A stretch of DNA of 60,783 nucleotides, the filler included. It is 5 parts of 5 records of this genome, joined end to end, with 100 filler letters (N's around TTAATTAATTAA, not from the genome) between each part and the next. Parts side by side here need not be neighbours in the genome. Positions count along the whole stretch, not along the records: positions 1 to 11,015 come from DRR378314_1911; 4 more parts are not named here. One strand, given 5' to 3'. The notes under the pieces were generated by a model, which was not told the DNA's origin, made no database searches, and saw only the letters and a list, made by a program, of their open reading frames with translations. Each line of letters begins with the position of its first letter. Within the stretch, counting starts at the first letter, position 1. Shown in pieces: positions 1-10,495 of this stretch. The translations under genes were made by a program, and so were the position numbers.

Positions 1-1
1 T

Positions 2-1090
2 ACGCTGGGTGTGAAATACCGAAATGAATATCCCGATGGGACGGTTTCCGGTGGTCCGATGTACTACATGACCAAAGGGTTCAAGGAACGCGGGCTGCCC
101 GGGGGTAAGGTGCTGGCTGTGATCTTTGCGATCTTCACCATCGGTGGCGCATTGGGCGGCGGGAACATGTTCCAAGCCAACCAAGCCCATGCGCAGATCA
201 CCAATATCACCGGCGATTTCTCTGGTTTGATCACCGGTGTGATCTTTGCCGGTGTTGTTTTTGCGGTGATTGTTGGCGGGATTAAATCCATCGCCAGCGT
301 GACTGAGAAAGTCGTGCCCTTTATGGGGGTCATGTATGTCTTGGCCGCCCTGGTTATCCTGATCATGAACGCGGATCAGATCGGTTGGGCCTTTGGTCAG
401 ATCTTTGCCGGTGCCTTTACCGGGCTGGGGGTCGCGGGTGGTTTTGTCGGTGCCTTGATCCAAGGGTTCAAACGGGCGGCGTTTTCGAACGAAGCGGGCG
501 TTGGTTCTGCGGCGATTGCGCACTCTGCGGTGAAAACCAAAGAGCCGGTGACAGAGGGCGTTGTGTCCCTGCTAGAGCCGTTCATCGACACGGTTGTGAT
601 CTGTACGATGACAGCTTTGGTGATCACCATCTCTGGTGTGCTGGTGATGGATCCTGCAACGGGTAACTTTGTGCTGAATGAAGCTGGCACAGCGATCAAA
701 ACCGTCGACGGGTCAAGCGGTGTAAGCCTGACATCTTCGGCCTTTGCTGCTGGGTTCAGCTGGTTCCCATATGTTTTGGCTTTGGCTGTGATCCTGTTCG
801 CTTTCTCGACGATGATCTCTTGGTCCTACTATGGGCTGAAGGCGTGGACCTATCTGTTTGGTGAAGGCAAGACGACGGAGTTGGTGTTCAAGCTGATCTT
901 CTGCTTCTTCATCATTGTAGGTGCCGCGGCTCAGCTTGGTGCGGTGATCGACTTCTCTGATGCGATGATCTTTGCCATGGCAGTTGTGAACATCACGGCG
1001 TTGTACTTCCTGATGCCCATCGTGAAACGCGAGATGAACAGCTATTTTGATCGTCTGAAGTCAGGTGCGATCGTGCGCCACAAGCATTAG
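2..1090 (+). CDS. Alanine/glycine:cation symporter (AGCS family), 5'-partial
   Basis: Motifs [31 protein letters not shown] and LEPFIDT; multiple TM helices; frame is open to the window edge. Confidence 0.93.
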   Translation, partial: TLGVKYRNEYPDGTVSGGPMYYMTKGFKERGLPGGKVLAVIFAIFTIGGALGGGNMFQANQAHAQITNITGDFSGLITGVIFAGVVFAVIVGGIKSIASVTEKVVPFMGVMYVLAALVILIMNADQIGWAFGQIFAGAFTGLGVAGGFVGALIQGFKRAAFSNEAGVGSAAIAHSAVKTKEPVTEGVVSLLEPFIDTVVICTMTALVITISGVLVMDPATGNFVLNEAGTAIKTVDGSSGVSLTSSAFAAGFSWFPYVLALAVILFAFSTMISWSYYGLKAWTYLFGEGKTTELVFKLIFCFFIIVGAAAQLGAVIDFSDAMIFAMAVVNITALYFLMPIVKREMNSYFDRLKSGAIVRHKH

Positions 1091-1136
1091 TCTTGGCATT
1101 GATCTGATTGACAAACCGGGCATATGCCCCTTCTTT

Positions 1137-1166
1137 CGGCCCCTGAAGCATTTCGGGGGCCGTTTT
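1137..1166 (+). terminator. Intrinsic terminator-like hairpin after AGCS gene
   Basis: CGGCCCCTGAA-gcat-TTCGGGGGCCG followed by TTTT. Confidence 0.55.
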
Positions 1167-1169
1167 CTA

Positions 1170-1772
1170 TTGCGCTATCATTTTCCATTTGCGTCCGCCG
1201 GTCAGGTGATTGGCCTGTTGGGGGGGTCGTTTGACCCCGCGCATGAGGGCCATGCGCATATCACGCGCGAGGCGCTCAAGCGGTTCGGGCTGGATCGGGT
1301 GTGGTGGTTGGTGAGCCCCGGGAACCCGTTGAAAACCCGGGGGCCGGCACCGCTGGAAGACCGGATGGCGCGGGCGCGGCTGGTGATGCGGCACCCGCGG
1401 GTCGAGGTTACGGATATCGAGGCACATTTGGGCACAAGGTACACAGCACAGACCCTGGTGCGGTTGCAGATGCTCTATCCGCAGGTGCGGTTTGTCTGGC
1501 TGATGGGCGCAGATAACATGGCGCAATTCCATCTTTGGCAGGACTGGCGCGGGATCATGCAAAGCGTGCCGGTCGGGGTGCTTGCCCGGCCCGGTCAGCG
1601 TATTTCAGCACGGATGAGCCGGGCCGCAGCGCTTTATGCACCTTACCGGATTGCGGGCAGATACGGGCAGTTGTTGGCCCGCGCCGAGGCTCCGGCGTGG
1701 AGTTTTGTAAACGTGCCGATGAATGATGCATCCAGTACAGCGATCAGGGCCAAGGGTGACTGGTCAGCGTAA
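1170..1772 (+). CDS. nadD: Nicotinate-nucleotide adenylyltransferase
   Basis: [14 protein letters not shown] (HxGH), SPGNPLK, WLMGADN, SSTAIR; start placed at TTG 1170. Confidence 0.92.
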   Translation: MRYHFPFASAGQVIGLLGGSFDPAHEGHAHITREALKRFGLDRVWWLVSPGNPLKTRGPAPLEDRMARARLVMRHPRVEVTDIEAHLGTRYTAQTLVRLQMLYPQVRFVWLMGADNMAQFHLWQDWRGIMQSVPVGVLARPGQRISARMSRAAALYAPYRIAGRYGQLLARAEAPAWSFVNVPMNDASSTAIRAKGDWSA

Positions 1773-2588
1773 GCGGGTCGAGGCGATGCCACTGGCCAGA
1801 ATGACCGCAAGACCGGCCCAAGTATAGGCGTCCGGCAGGTCGCCAAAAATGCTCCACCCGAAACCGACCGCAGCGATCAATTGGAAGTAGACCAGCGGTG
1901 CAAGCCGTGTGGCATTGGCAATGCGGTAGGCATAGAGCAACAGCAGGTTGCCCATCATTGAACAGAAGGCGGAAGCAAGCGTCAGTGTGGCGATGGGCGC
2001 TGTGGCTTCGGGCAGGTTCATCAGGCCAAAGGGCAATAGGATCAATGCGCTGAGCAGCAGCTGGGTGAAGGTCAGGGCGATGGGGGTGCCGATGCCCGAA
2101 AGCCAGCGCGACATGGTCAGGAAGGTGCCGTAACACAGCCCCGCGATTGCAGCCCAGATGACACCGGCTTCACCGCCCATACCGGGACGGACGACCAATA
2201 GGACGCCAGCGAAACCAGTGACGATCAACACGGATCGCACAGGGGTGACGGGTTCGCGCAGGAAAATGACGGCCAAGATATAGGAGAATATCGGACCGAT
2301 GAAGAATGCGGCGAAAACCGTCGCGAGATCAGCGGTTTGCAGGGCCATCTGGATAGAACTGATGCCACAGGCAAGGACCAGCGCCCGCAACCAGACCCGC
2401 CAGTCGCGCAGCAATCCGAAGGCAGAGGGTGAGATGAAGGGCAAGATCATCAGCGCGCCAAGGACGAAGCGAGACCATGCTACAAAAATCGGCGCAACCC
2501 CCAGAGAGGAAGACAATAATTTGCCAGCGCTATCCCCGGCGGGGATCAGCGACATGGCGACAAACATGATCAGGGCGGCGCGTTGCAT
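1764..2588 (-). CDS. DMT/EamA family transporter
   Basis: About 10 TM helices, FLREPV and LAPLVYFQL motifs; start at MQRAALIM. Confidence 0.88.
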   Translation of the reverse strand: MQRAALIMFVAMSLIPAGDSAGKLLSSSLGVAPIFVAWSRFVLGALMILPFISPSAFGLLRDWRVWLRALVLACGISSIQMALQTADLATVFAAFFIGPIFSYILAVIFLREPVTPVRSVLIVTGFAGVLLVVRPGMGGEAGVIWAAIAGLCYGTFLTMSRWLSGIGTPIALTFTQLLLSALILLPFGLMNLPEATAPIATLTLASAFCSMMGNLLLLYAYRIANATRLAPLVYFQLIAAVGFGWSIFGDLPDAYTWAGLAVILASGIASTRLR

Positions 2589-2673
2589 GGCGCCGCATAA
2601 CACGCAGGTCGCCGGTTGAAAATGTGTAACCGCAGCGCTTGAAGCGGGAGGGCGATCAGGGTTAAGTCGGGCC

Positions 2674-4176
2674 ATGGAAAATAGGTTTAGCAGACGTGGT
2701 TTTTTAGGTTCCGTTGCGGCATTTGCAGCGATGGGGCAGGGGCTATTGGCTGCGCCACCCACGGAATCACTGCGGCCTGTGCTGCGGGGCGACGACTTTT
2801 TCAAAAAGGCCGTTCCTGAAGTTTCCGAGATCATCAGCGGGCAGAAACTGTCGGGCCGTGTGGCTTTTGCCCTGGCGGATGTGCAGACCGGGGCTTGGCT
2901 GGAATGTGAGAACGAAAGCATTGGCACGCCGCCTGCCAGTGTGACCAAAGCCATCACTGCGCTTTATGCGTTGGAGACTTTGGGTGCGGATCACCGGTTT
3001 GAAACGCAGCTGGCTGCAACCGGTGGCATCACCGATGGCGAGGTGCAGGGGGACCTGATCCTGATCGGCGGAGGGGATCCAACGCTGGACACGGATCAGC
3101 TGGCGCAGATGGCGGCAGATTTGAAAGCGGCCGGTGTGATCGGCGTTAAGGGCGGGTTGAAAGTCTATCAGGGGACCTTGCCTGTCGTGACAGGGATTGA
3201 CCCAGAACAGCCTGATCATGTGGGCTATAACCCGGCGGTATCGGGGATCGCGCTGAATTTTAACCGTGTGCATTTTGAATGGCGGCGCAACAGCGGGAAA
3301 TACACAGTGACGATGGACGGGCGGTCGGAGAAATACCGCCCCAATGTTACCTTTGCTGCGATGCGGATCGAGGATCGCGCCGCCCCTGTCTATACCTACC
3401 GCGACCAAGCGGGCCGTGATCAATGGAGCGTGGCACGTGGTGCGTTGGGCGGTGCCGGATCGCGCTGGTTGCCGGTGCGCAAGCCTGCGCTCTATGCAGG
3501 AGAGGTTTTTGCCACTTTGGCGGGGGCGCATGGTATCCGGCTGGGCAAGCCCGATGTGATCGAGGTGCTTCCGGCGCATGAGGTTGTGCTGCGCCATCAA
3601 AGTCAGGATTTGCGTATGATCCTGCGCGGCATGCTGCGGTTTTCAACAAACCTGACGGCCGAGATGGTGGGGCTGGCGGCAACGCAGAAGCGTTTGGGTG
3701 CGGTGGATGGTTTGCAGGCTTCGGCGGCAGAGATGAACCGTTGGGCGATTGGCGCGCTGGGCATGAAGGCACCGGCCTTGGTGGATCATTCGGGGCTGGG
3801 CGATGCGTCGACCCTGACGGCGCTTGATATGACGCGCGCCCTGTTGGCAGTGAAAGATGAAGGGTTCCGGTCGATTCTCAAGCGGTTCGGATTTCGCGAT
3901 GCCAAGGGCAGACCGGTCAAGGATCAAGCGATTGCGGTGGACGCAAAGACCGGCACGCTGAATTTCGTGTCAACCTTGGCGGGGTATATCACGGCGCAGG
4001 ACGGGCGCGAGATGGCGTTTGCGATCTTTGCGTCTGACATGGCGGCGCGGGCAAAGATCAGCCGTGCGGAACGGGAATCCCCCGCCGGGGGACAGACTTA
4101 CAACAAACGTGCCAAACGGGTTCAGCAGAAATTGATTGAACGCTGGGATGCGCTTTACGGGCGGGTCGAGGCCTAG
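2674..4176 (+). CDS. dacB: D-alanyl-D-alanine carboxypeptidase/endopeptidase (PBP4, peptidase S13), Tat-exported
   Basis: PASVTK (SxxK), FSTN (SxN), AKTGT (KTG), GGGDPTL; SRRGFL twin-arginine signal. Confidence 0.92.
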   Translation: MENRFSRRGFLGSVAAFAAMGQGLLAAPPTESLRPVLRGDDFFKKAVPEVSEIISGQKLSGRVAFALADVQTGAWLECENESIGTPPASVTKAITALYALETLGADHRFETQLAATGGITDGEVQGDLILIGGGDPTLDTDQLAQMAADLKAAGVIGVKGGLKVYQGTLPVVTGIDPEQPDHVGYNPAVSGIALNFNRVHFEWRRNSGKYTVTMDGRSEKYRPNVTFAAMRIEDRAAPVYTYRDQAGRDQWSVARGALGGAGSRWLPVRKPALYAGEVFATLAGAHGIRLGKPDVIEVLPAHEVVLRHQSQDLRMILRGMLRFSTNLTAEMVGLAATQKRLGAVDGLQASAAEMNRWAIGALGMKAPALVDHSGLGDASTLTALDMTRALLAVKDEGFRSILKRFGFRDAKGRPVKDQAIAVDAKTGTLNFVSTLAGYITAQDGREMAFAIFASDMAARAKISRAERESPAGGQTYNKRAKRVQQKLIERWDALYGRVEA

Positions 4177-4595
4177 CTAAGGTGCCGTGCCCGTGCGCCC
4201 CGTTCGATGGCGGCGGCATGCAGGCGGTCGATCTCCAACTCGTAGCGGATCTCCTCAAGTAGGCGCAATTCCGCTTCATCCAGCGTGCCATCGGCGGCGG
4301 CCACATCACAGGCCAGTGCATATGCGGTTTCAAAAAGACGCTCGGGCAGGGCTTCGCGGATCAGACCAAATAGCGCGTCCAGCCCGTCTTCCTGTTCGAA
4401 AAGGTCAAAGACGGTTTTGCTGATCACGGTCAGCCGGTCGTTGTCGTATTCGGCGAATATCGGAAGCATGTTCACGGCGGACTGAATCTTGATCAGCTCG
4501 GCGGTGCGGATGTTTTCATCAGAGGCGGAAACCGCAACCATCAGGGCGACAAGGCTGTCTTGGGCGCTAAGCGCCAGGGAAGGGCCGTTGGTCAT
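4173..4595 (-). CDS. TerB-family protein
   Basis: Two acidic metal-binding repeats (SASDENI..E and AAADGTLDEAE). Confidence 0.8.
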   Translation of the reverse strand: MTNGPSLALSAQDSLVALMVAVSASDENIRTAELIKIQSAVNMLPIFAEYDNDRLTVISKTVFDLFEQEDGLDALFGLIREALPERLFETAYALACDVAAADGTLDEAELRLLEEIRYELEIDRLHAAAIERGARARHLS

Positions 4596-4718
4596 GAGGG
4601 TCTCCTTTGGGAGGGCTGTTGTTGCAGAGCAGAATATTGACGCACCTCAGGGGACGCAATAGGTACACGCGAGCCGGCGTGCATGGGGCACGGAATCGGC
4701 GGAAAATGGATGATACAA

Positions 4719-6299
4719 ATGTCTGAGATGCGGGAAGCGGCGATGAGCAGCAAAGCGTGGCCTTTTGAAGAGGCCCGTGCGGTTTTGAAACGTTATGCGA
4801 AAGCCCCGCCTAAGAAGGGGTTTGTGTTGTTTGAAACGGGTTATGGCCCGTCCGGTCTGCCGCATATCGGCACCTTTGGTGAGGTGCTGCGCACAACGAT
4901 GATTCAGCGGGCGTTTGAGGAGATCAGCGATATTCCAACCAAGCTGGTGTGTTTCTCTGACGATCTGGACGGGATGCGCAAGGTGCCCGGCAATGTGCCC
5001 CAGCAGGAAATGCTGGCCGAGCATATGCACAAGCCGCTGACATCGGTGCCGGATCCGTTTGGCGAATTCGAGAGTTTTGGCCATCACAACAATGCAATGT
5101 TGCGCCGGTTTCTGGATACTTTCGGGTTCCAGTACGAGTTTTACTCTGCCCGCGAGTTCTACCGCGCTGGGCATTTCGACGAAATTCTGAAGCTGGCCTG
5201 TGAACGTTATGATCAGGTCATGGCCGTGATGTTGAAGTCGCTGCGCGAAGAGCGTGCGGCGACCTATTCGATCTTTTTGCCAATTCATCCCGAGACCGGT
5301 CGGGTGCTGTATGTGCCGATGAAGAATGTCGATGCGGTGAACCACACGGTTACATTTGACGATGAAGACGGCAAGGAATGGACGCTGCCGGTGACTGGCG
5401 GAAACGTGAAACTGCAGTGGAAGCCGGACTTTGGCGCTCGCTGGGCGGCACTGGACGTTGATTTCGAGATGTACGGTAAGGAACATGCGACCAATACGGC
5501 GATCTACGACCGGATTTGCGAGATATTGGGCGGCAAGAAGCCGAACCATTTCAGCTATGAGCTGTTTTTGGATGAAAACGGGCAGAAGATCTCAAAGTCT
5601 TCGGGCAACGGGATTTCGATTGATCAGTGGTTGACCTATGCCAGCACGGAAAGCCTGTCGTACTTCATGTATCAAAAGCCCAAGACGGCCAAGCGGATGC
5701 ATTTTGATGTGATCCCCAAGGCAGTGGATGAATATCATCAGCAGTTGCGGGCCTATGAGGGGCAGGATGCGAAGGGGCGTTTGAACAACCCGGTTTGGCA
5801 TATTCACGGCGGTGATGTGCCCAAGTCGGATATGGTTGTGCCGTTTTCGATGTTGCTCAATCTGGCGTCGGTGTCCTCTGCTGAGGATAAATCGCAACTT
5901 TGGGGCTTTATCCAGCGCTATGCGCCCGAGGCGTCTGCGGAGAACAATCCCGGTATGGATGCGGCGGCGGGTCATGCGGTGCGGTATTTCAACGACTTTG
6001 TGAAGCCGCATAAGGTGTTCCGTGCGCCAAGTGATCTGGAGCGCGAAGCCTTGGAAGAGCTGCGCGACAACCTGAAAGTCTGGGATGGCGGATTGGATGC
6101 TGAGGGCTTGCAGACCATGGTGTTTGCCGTGGGCAAAGAGCGGTTTGATCCGCTGCGCGACTGGTTCACTGCGCTTTACGAGGTGTTGCTGGGTGCAAGC
6201 CAAGGGCCACGGTTTGGCGGTTTCATTGCGCTTTATGGTGTTGATGAGACGGTTCAGCTGATTGATGACGCGCTGGCAGGGAAACTGCTGGCGGCGTGA
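4719..6299 (+). CDS. lysS: Lysine--tRNA ligase, class I
   Basis: [15 protein letters not shown] (HIGH-like), KISKSSGN (KMSKS-like), QGPRFGGF. Confidence 0.96.
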   Translation: MSEMREAAMSSKAWPFEEARAVLKRYAKAPPKKGFVLFETGYGPSGLPHIGTFGEVLRTTMIQRAFEEISDIPTKLVCFSDDLDGMRKVPGNVPQQEMLAEHMHKPLTSVPDPFGEFESFGHHNNAMLRRFLDTFGFQYEFYSAREFYRAGHFDEILKLACERYDQVMAVMLKSLREERAATYSIFLPIHPETGRVLYVPMKNVDAVNHTVTFDDEDGKEWTLPVTGGNVKLQWKPDFGARWAALDVDFEMYGKEHATNTAIYDRICEILGGKKPNHFSYELFLDENGQKISKSSGNGISIDQWLTYASTESLSYFMYQKPKTAKRMHFDVIPKAVDEYHQQLRAYEGQDAKGRLNNPVWHIHGGDVPKSDMVVPFSMLLNLASVSSAEDKSQLWGFIQRYAPEASAENNPGMDAAAGHAVRYFNDFVKPHKVFRAPSDLEREALEELRDNLKVWDGGLDAEGLQTMVFAVGKERFDPLRDWFTALYEVLLGASQGPRFGGFIALYGVDETVQLIDDALAGKLLAA

Positions 6300-6356
6300 A
6301 ACTCTTGCCCTGCTGGCCGCGTGACTTAACGTAAGGGCCAGCAGGGGAGAAGTGAC

Positions 6357-6770
6357 ATGTGGAAATCTGTAAGCCGGATGCTGGGCGGGATGATCCTTGC
6401 CTGTATCCTTTGCTTTGGTGTTTCGGCGCAGCAGGCCGAGATCGAAGGCACGATCAGCGCCCAGATCGAAGCCTTTAAAGCGGATGATTTTGAACAGGCG
6501 TTTACCTATGCAACGCCGACTCTGCAGCGTTTGTTTCAATCACCGCAAAACTTTCGCCGGATGGTGACAACGCAATATCCAATGGTTTGGCGGCCTGCGG
6601 AAGTGCGGTATCTGGAATTGAAGGAATACGAGGGTTCGGTTTTTCAAAAGGTTCAGATCATGGATGCAAAAGGGGTGATGTACCTGCTGTTGTATCAGAT
6701 GCAGCCTACCGACGCGGGATGGCGCATTGCCAGCGTGCAGTTTCTGGAGGCACCGGGGGCCTCAGTCTGA
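6357..6770 (+). CDS. DUF4864-like secreted protein
   Basis: Signal peptide; QIEAFKADDFEQAFTYA...F..MV...YPMVWRP...WRI pattern. Confidence 0.8.
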   Translation: MWKSVSRMLGGMILACILCFGVSAQQAEIEGTISAQIEAFKADDFEQAFTYATPTLQRLFQSPQNFRRMVTTQYPMVWRPAEVRYLELKEYEGSVFQKVQIMDAKGVMYLLLYQMQPTDAGWRIASVQFLEAPGASV

Positions 6771-6854
6771 AGCGTTTACCCTGCGGTTGACCAGCGAAAG
6801 GGCTTTCGATCGTCCGCTGTTGCGCGGTGTGGCGCGCGGTGGGCTTAGCCCCGA

Positions 6855-6869
6855 TTAACTCATCATTGA
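6855..6869 (+). promoter_or_regulatory. CtrA-like box (one mismatch)
   Basis: TTAA-CTCATCA-TTGA, about 85 nt upstream of the ATG at 6954. Confidence 0.5.
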
Positions 6870-6953
6870 TATTTCCCTGTCCCGAACCGGCATGTGCCGG
6901 AGGTACGGCAACAACCGAAGGGCGGCTGGCGCCTTTGTGGAAAGGGATTTTTG

Positions 6954-9242
6954 ATGAACAAGGCAATTACCGATGGTCTGATACTGACGCCGACACCTTT
7001 TGCGGCGGGTCTGGATGTCTGGTCAAGCGGGGATGGCACAGCGGGGTCCGACACCTATGAGAACGCGGCAAATGCGTTGTTTGTGGCCGCGGATCAGGAT
7101 TTTGCTGGGGCGCTGGAGCTGCTGAAGACGCAGAACACCCAAAAGCTGCGCTACATGGGGCAGACACCGATCTTACCTGGATGTTATTTGCAGGTCACGG
7201 CACGGGTAAAGGCGATTAGTGGTAACCTGCCATCGGTGCGCATTGCCGGTTATCCGGCCTATGGCAGTGGGGCACGGGTGAATGGGTTGCCGGAGTTTAC
7301 AACGTTTACGACCCTGCAAAATTACGGTGAAGTGGTCGAGATAAAGGGGATCATTGGCACCGGGGGGCGCGGTGGTGTTGATCTGGTCTGGGGCACAGAG
7401 CCGGTTTACGGTCACTTCGGGATTGATCTGGTGGGGCCGAACGGCGGTATCATTCGTGTTGATGACATTCAGATCGAGGATGTCACGTCGGTCTTTATCC
7501 GCGACATGATTTCGATTGTGGATGTTGTGGACTACGGAGCCATTGGCAACGGGAATACGGATAACACCGCCGCCTTTGAGGCGGCCAATTCTGCCGCGAA
7601 CGGGCGGACGGTATTTGTCCCTGAGGGCAATTTCCGGCTTGCGAACAATGTGACAATCGACACGCCTGTGAAGTTCGAAGGCCGGGTCAGCATGCCGGAT
7701 ACGGCGGTTCTGTTGCTGCGCCGGAACTTTGATTTGCCCACCTATATCGAGGCCTTTGAGGATGAGGAGGTGGCATTTAAAAAGGCGTTTCAGGCGCTGT
7801 TGAACAATTCGGATCACGAAACGCTGGATATGGGCGGGCGCAAGGTGAATGTGACGGCACCACTGGATATGGCGGGCGCTGTACCGGGAACACATTCCTA
7901 TGCGACGCGCCGGGTGATCCGCAATGGCCAGCTGGAAGCTGCGGCCAGCGCGGCATGGAACACTGAGGTCGTTACCTCTGCGGCGACCTATTCGGCGGGA
8001 GATTCCAAGACGCTGACGAATGTTACCAATGTGGCAAGTATTCCGGTTGGGTCGCTGGTGGAGGCCACAGGTGTAGGTCGTGAGGTCTATGTGCGCAGCA
8101 AGGACCTAGCCCGTCAGGAAATTACGTTGAACAAGCCGCTGTATGATGCAGAGGGGCGGCAGAATTTCACCTTTCGCAAGTTCAAGTATCTGATTGATTT
8201 CGGAGGCTTTAACGCGCTGAGCAAATTTGTGATGGCGGATGTGGAGCTACAGTGTAATGACCGTTGTTCGGGGATTATGCTGTCGCCCGGCGGGATTACC
8301 TTTCATGTGCGGGATTGTTTTATCAGCCGACCGATGGATCGAGGTATCACGTCGATTGGGACCGGTTGTCAGGGGTTGATCGTTGATCGCTGTCAGTTCC
8401 TGTCCGCCGAAGATGCCCTGGCTGTGCCTGCACGCAAGACCATCGGGTTTAACGTCAATCAGAACGACGCCAAGATCCGCAACAACCGCGCCACGCGGTT
8501 TCGCCATTTTGGTCTGTTGGGCGGGTCGAATAACATCTTTACCGGCAACCATTTTTTCCAAGGGGACGGGGTGGCAAACGGTGTTCGATCGGGCGGTATC
8601 ATTCTGGCAAGCACCAGTGTGGGGACGGTGATTTCGAACAATTATATCGACAATTGCTTTATCGAGTGGACCAATGAACATGATCCAAGCCCGGCATTCA
8701 CCGGTGGCTTTTCGTTCAGCGCGTTAAGTGTGACGGATAACATGTTTCTGTCCGGGGACGTTGCCCCCTGGTTCAGTTATATCGTGGTCAAGCCGCATGG
8801 GGCGGGGCATTTCCTGAATGGCGTGTCGATTTCCGGAAATCGGTTTCGCAGTCTGAATGGGTCCATTGATCGGGCAGAGCGGGTCGATACCACATTTGCG
8901 GATCTGGACATGTCGCGGTGCAAGAATTTCACCATGGCGGCCAATTCCTATCTTGGGGTGACGGCACAACCGGTAAACCCCGCTTATGTCGATTTTACCC
9001 AAGCGGCGGTGGATGACAATTGGACGATTGATGTCTCGCAGTACCTGGCGTTTGGCGGTGAAGCCCTGTCAGAGGATGCAATTACGGCCATCGGGCCGCT
9101 GCGCAACACCAACAACGTCAAGCAATTTGTGACACCCTATGTGGATACAGTGCAGGGGGCGCAACGCGATCAGATCAGACTGGTTTGGCCAAGCGACGTG
9201 CGGGGCAAGATTCAGGCGACGGTGCGGATGGACTTCCGCTAG
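6954..9242 (+). CDS. Right-handed beta-helix protein (pectate lyase 3/GH28-related, tailspike-like)
   Basis: VDVVDYGAIGNGNTDNTAAFEAA...VFVPEGNF motif and Asn-rich helix rungs; no evident signal peptide; start at MNKAITDG. Confidence 0.8.
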   Translation: MNKAITDGLILTPTPFAAGLDVWSSGDGTAGSDTYENAANALFVAADQDFAGALELLKTQNTQKLRYMGQTPILPGCYLQVTARVKAISGNLPSVRIAGYPAYGSGARVNGLPEFTTFTTLQNYGEVVEIKGIIGTGGRGGVDLVWGTEPVYGHFGIDLVGPNGGIIRVDDIQIEDVTSVFIRDMISIVDVVDYGAIGNGNTDNTAAFEAANSAANGRTVFVPEGNFRLANNVTIDTPVKFEGRVSMPDTAVLLLRRNFDLPTYIEAFEDEEVAFKKAFQALLNNSDHETLDMGGRKVNVTAPLDMAGAVPGTHSYATRRVIRNGQLEAAASAAWNTEVVTSAATYSAGDSKTLTNVTNVASIPVGSLVEATGVGREVYVRSKDLARQEITLNKPLYDAEGRQNFTFRKFKYLIDFGGFNALSKFVMADVELQCNDRCSGIMLSPGGITFHVRDCFISRPMDRGITSIGTGCQGLIVDRCQFLSAEDALAVPARKTIGFNVNQNDAKIRNNRATRFRHFGLLGGSNNIFTGNHFFQGDGVANGVRSGGIILASTSVGTVISNNYIDNCFIEWTNEHDPSPAFTGGFSFSALSVTDNMFLSGDVAPWFSYIVVKPHGAGHFLNGVSISGNRFRSLNGSIDRAERVDTTFADLDMSRCKNFTMAANSYLGVTAQPVNPAYVDFTQAAVDDNWTIDVSQYLAFGGEALSEDAITAIGPLRNTNNVKQFVTPYVDTVQGAQRDQIRLVWPSDVRGKIQATVRMDFR

Positions 9243-9250
9243 GGTTACCT

Positions 9251-9277
9251 GCCCCGTCCCTGTGTGAGGGGCGGGGT
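9251..9277. terminator. Hairpin between convergent genes
   Basis: GCCCCGTCCCT-gtgtg-AGGGGCGGGGT. Confidence 0.55.
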
Positions 9278-9284
9278 ATGGCGC

Positions 9285-9956
9285 TTAAAAGCTGTGCCAG
9301 ATTCCAAGTTTTAGCGCGGCGCGGTCGTCCTCGTCGAAAGGAATCTGGGCCCCGAGTTTGACACTGAATTTACTGTCTTTCGGGCGGATCAACAGGGAAG
9401 GTTCGAATGCGCCATAGGTATCGTTGTTTTGTGAGGAATGGGTGACCTCCAAGAGGCCGGTGGTGATGCCGCCAAAGTGCAGCCCCAAGGTCGCGTCGAA
9501 TTTAGTGATATGGCTGCCCAAGGTCGGTTCATAGATAAAAGCGGCGTCCATGTTTACCCATCCGCTACGGTTGTGAAACTGGAAACCGCGTCCCCATGAG
9601 AGTGTGGTTTTTAATGTGGGCAAGTGCCGTTCATTGCCCCATAGCCCGCCCACCCCAAGTTCGTAGGCCCATCTATTTGGTTGGTCCGTGGGCCCGATGG
9701 CGCGGCGGATAAACAGGTTGCCAAAGCCGTTTCGGACATTCAGGGCATTGGTGAAGGTGCTGACATCCAGGCCGATGGTTGTTTTATCGCTGAGCCCGTA
9801 TTCGATATAGAGCGCGTTTGTGGTTTCTGAAAACTGCGTGGCCCCGAAGCTGAGTGAGGCGAAACCGCTGCCCTCGTCGCGCAGCCAGGCACCAGCATGG
9901 CCGATACTGGCCATGCACTGGCACGTCATCACTAAAACGGCGAATAAAGTCTTCAT
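9285..9956 (-). CDS. Hypothetical exported protein, probable small outer-membrane beta-barrel
   Basis: Signal peptide ending in GHA-GAW, amphipathic beta-strands, C-terminal GIWHSF aromatic beta-signal. Confidence 0.7.
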   Translation of the reverse strand: MKTLFAVLVMTCQCMASIGHAGAWLRDEGSGFASLSFGATQFSETTNALYIEYGLSDKTTIGLDVSTFTNALNVRNGFGNLFIRRAIGPTDQPNRWAYELGVGGLWGNERHLPTLKTTLSWGRGFQFHNRSGWVNMDAAFIYEPTLGSHITKFDATLGLHFGGITTGLLEVTHSSQNNDTYGAFEPSLLIRPKDSKFSVKLGAQIPFDEDDRAALKLGIWHSF

Positions 9957-9989
9957 CGCACCTCCGGTCCGTAGACTGAGGGGAGGTTT

Positions 9990-10005
9990 GTTAACAAAAG
10001 GTTAA
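9990..10005 (-). promoter_or_regulatory. Consensus CtrA box
   Basis: Minus strand reads TTAA-CCTTTTG-TTAAC, about 35 nt upstream of the ATG at 9956. Confidence 0.75.
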
Positions 10006-10049
10006 TGGATGATTTGACGCCTTAAGTTTGTGGTGATTTTGGCGCAAGC

Positions 10050-10079
10050 AAAAGCCCGACGCAGATGCGCCGGGCTTTT
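10050..10079 (-). terminator. Intrinsic terminator (possibly bidirectional)
   Basis: AAAAGCCCGACGCA-ga-TGCGCCGGGCTTTT. Confidence 0.7.
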
Positions 10080-10098
10080 CTTGTATCTTGATCGAATA

Positions 10099-10287
10099 TT
10101 ATACGCGGACGGACCCGTTGCCACGTGGGCCTGCAATCAACCAGATGATCAGGCCGAGGATCGGCAAGAGCAGGATTGCAACGGTCCAGATGATCTTCGC
10201 CAAGCCGGACGCACCGGATGTAAGCACCTGATAGATCGCATAAATGTTGGCGATCAGGATAATCAGTCCGAAAATACCATATTCCAT
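10099..10287 (-). CDS. PLDc_N-domain small membrane protein (62 aa)
   Basis: Two TM helices; KIIW...LLPILGLIIWLIAGPR; GGAG RBS. Confidence 0.85.
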   Translation of the reverse strand: MEYGIFGLIILIANIYAIYQVLTSGASGLAKIIWTVAILLLPILGLIIWLIAGPRGNGSVRV

Positions 10288-10322
10288 TGTTAGTCTCCCT
10301 AGAATGTCTCTGTTGCAGGGAT

Positions 10323-10347
10323 AACAATGGACAGGCGAAATGGTTCC
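10323..10347 (-). promoter_or_regulatory. Putative sigma-EcfG (ECF15) promoter
   Basis: Minus strand GGAAC-N17-GTT upstream of the PLDc_N gene. Confidence 0.55.
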
Positions 10348-10495
10348 AACGTTTTTAGACACTGGTCCGCCAACAGCGCGTTTGCCTGCGAGAGCAAGGA
10401 GTTGGATTGCGTGGAACCGCCCCGCGCCAAAGGTGAACAGGCGGGGTGCAGTCACTGCGCAATCAAGCATGATCAATGCTCTTGGGGGGACGTGG

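Noticed and set aside
4173-4595. TerB as part of a ter or defence operon
   Set aside because: Solo gene between dacB and lysS with no other ter genes
4647-6539. Long antisense ORFs (300 and 315 aa) opposite lysS; similar ones opposite dacB, dnaJ and the acylase
   Set aside because: Shadow ORFs from GC-rich codon bias with no motifs
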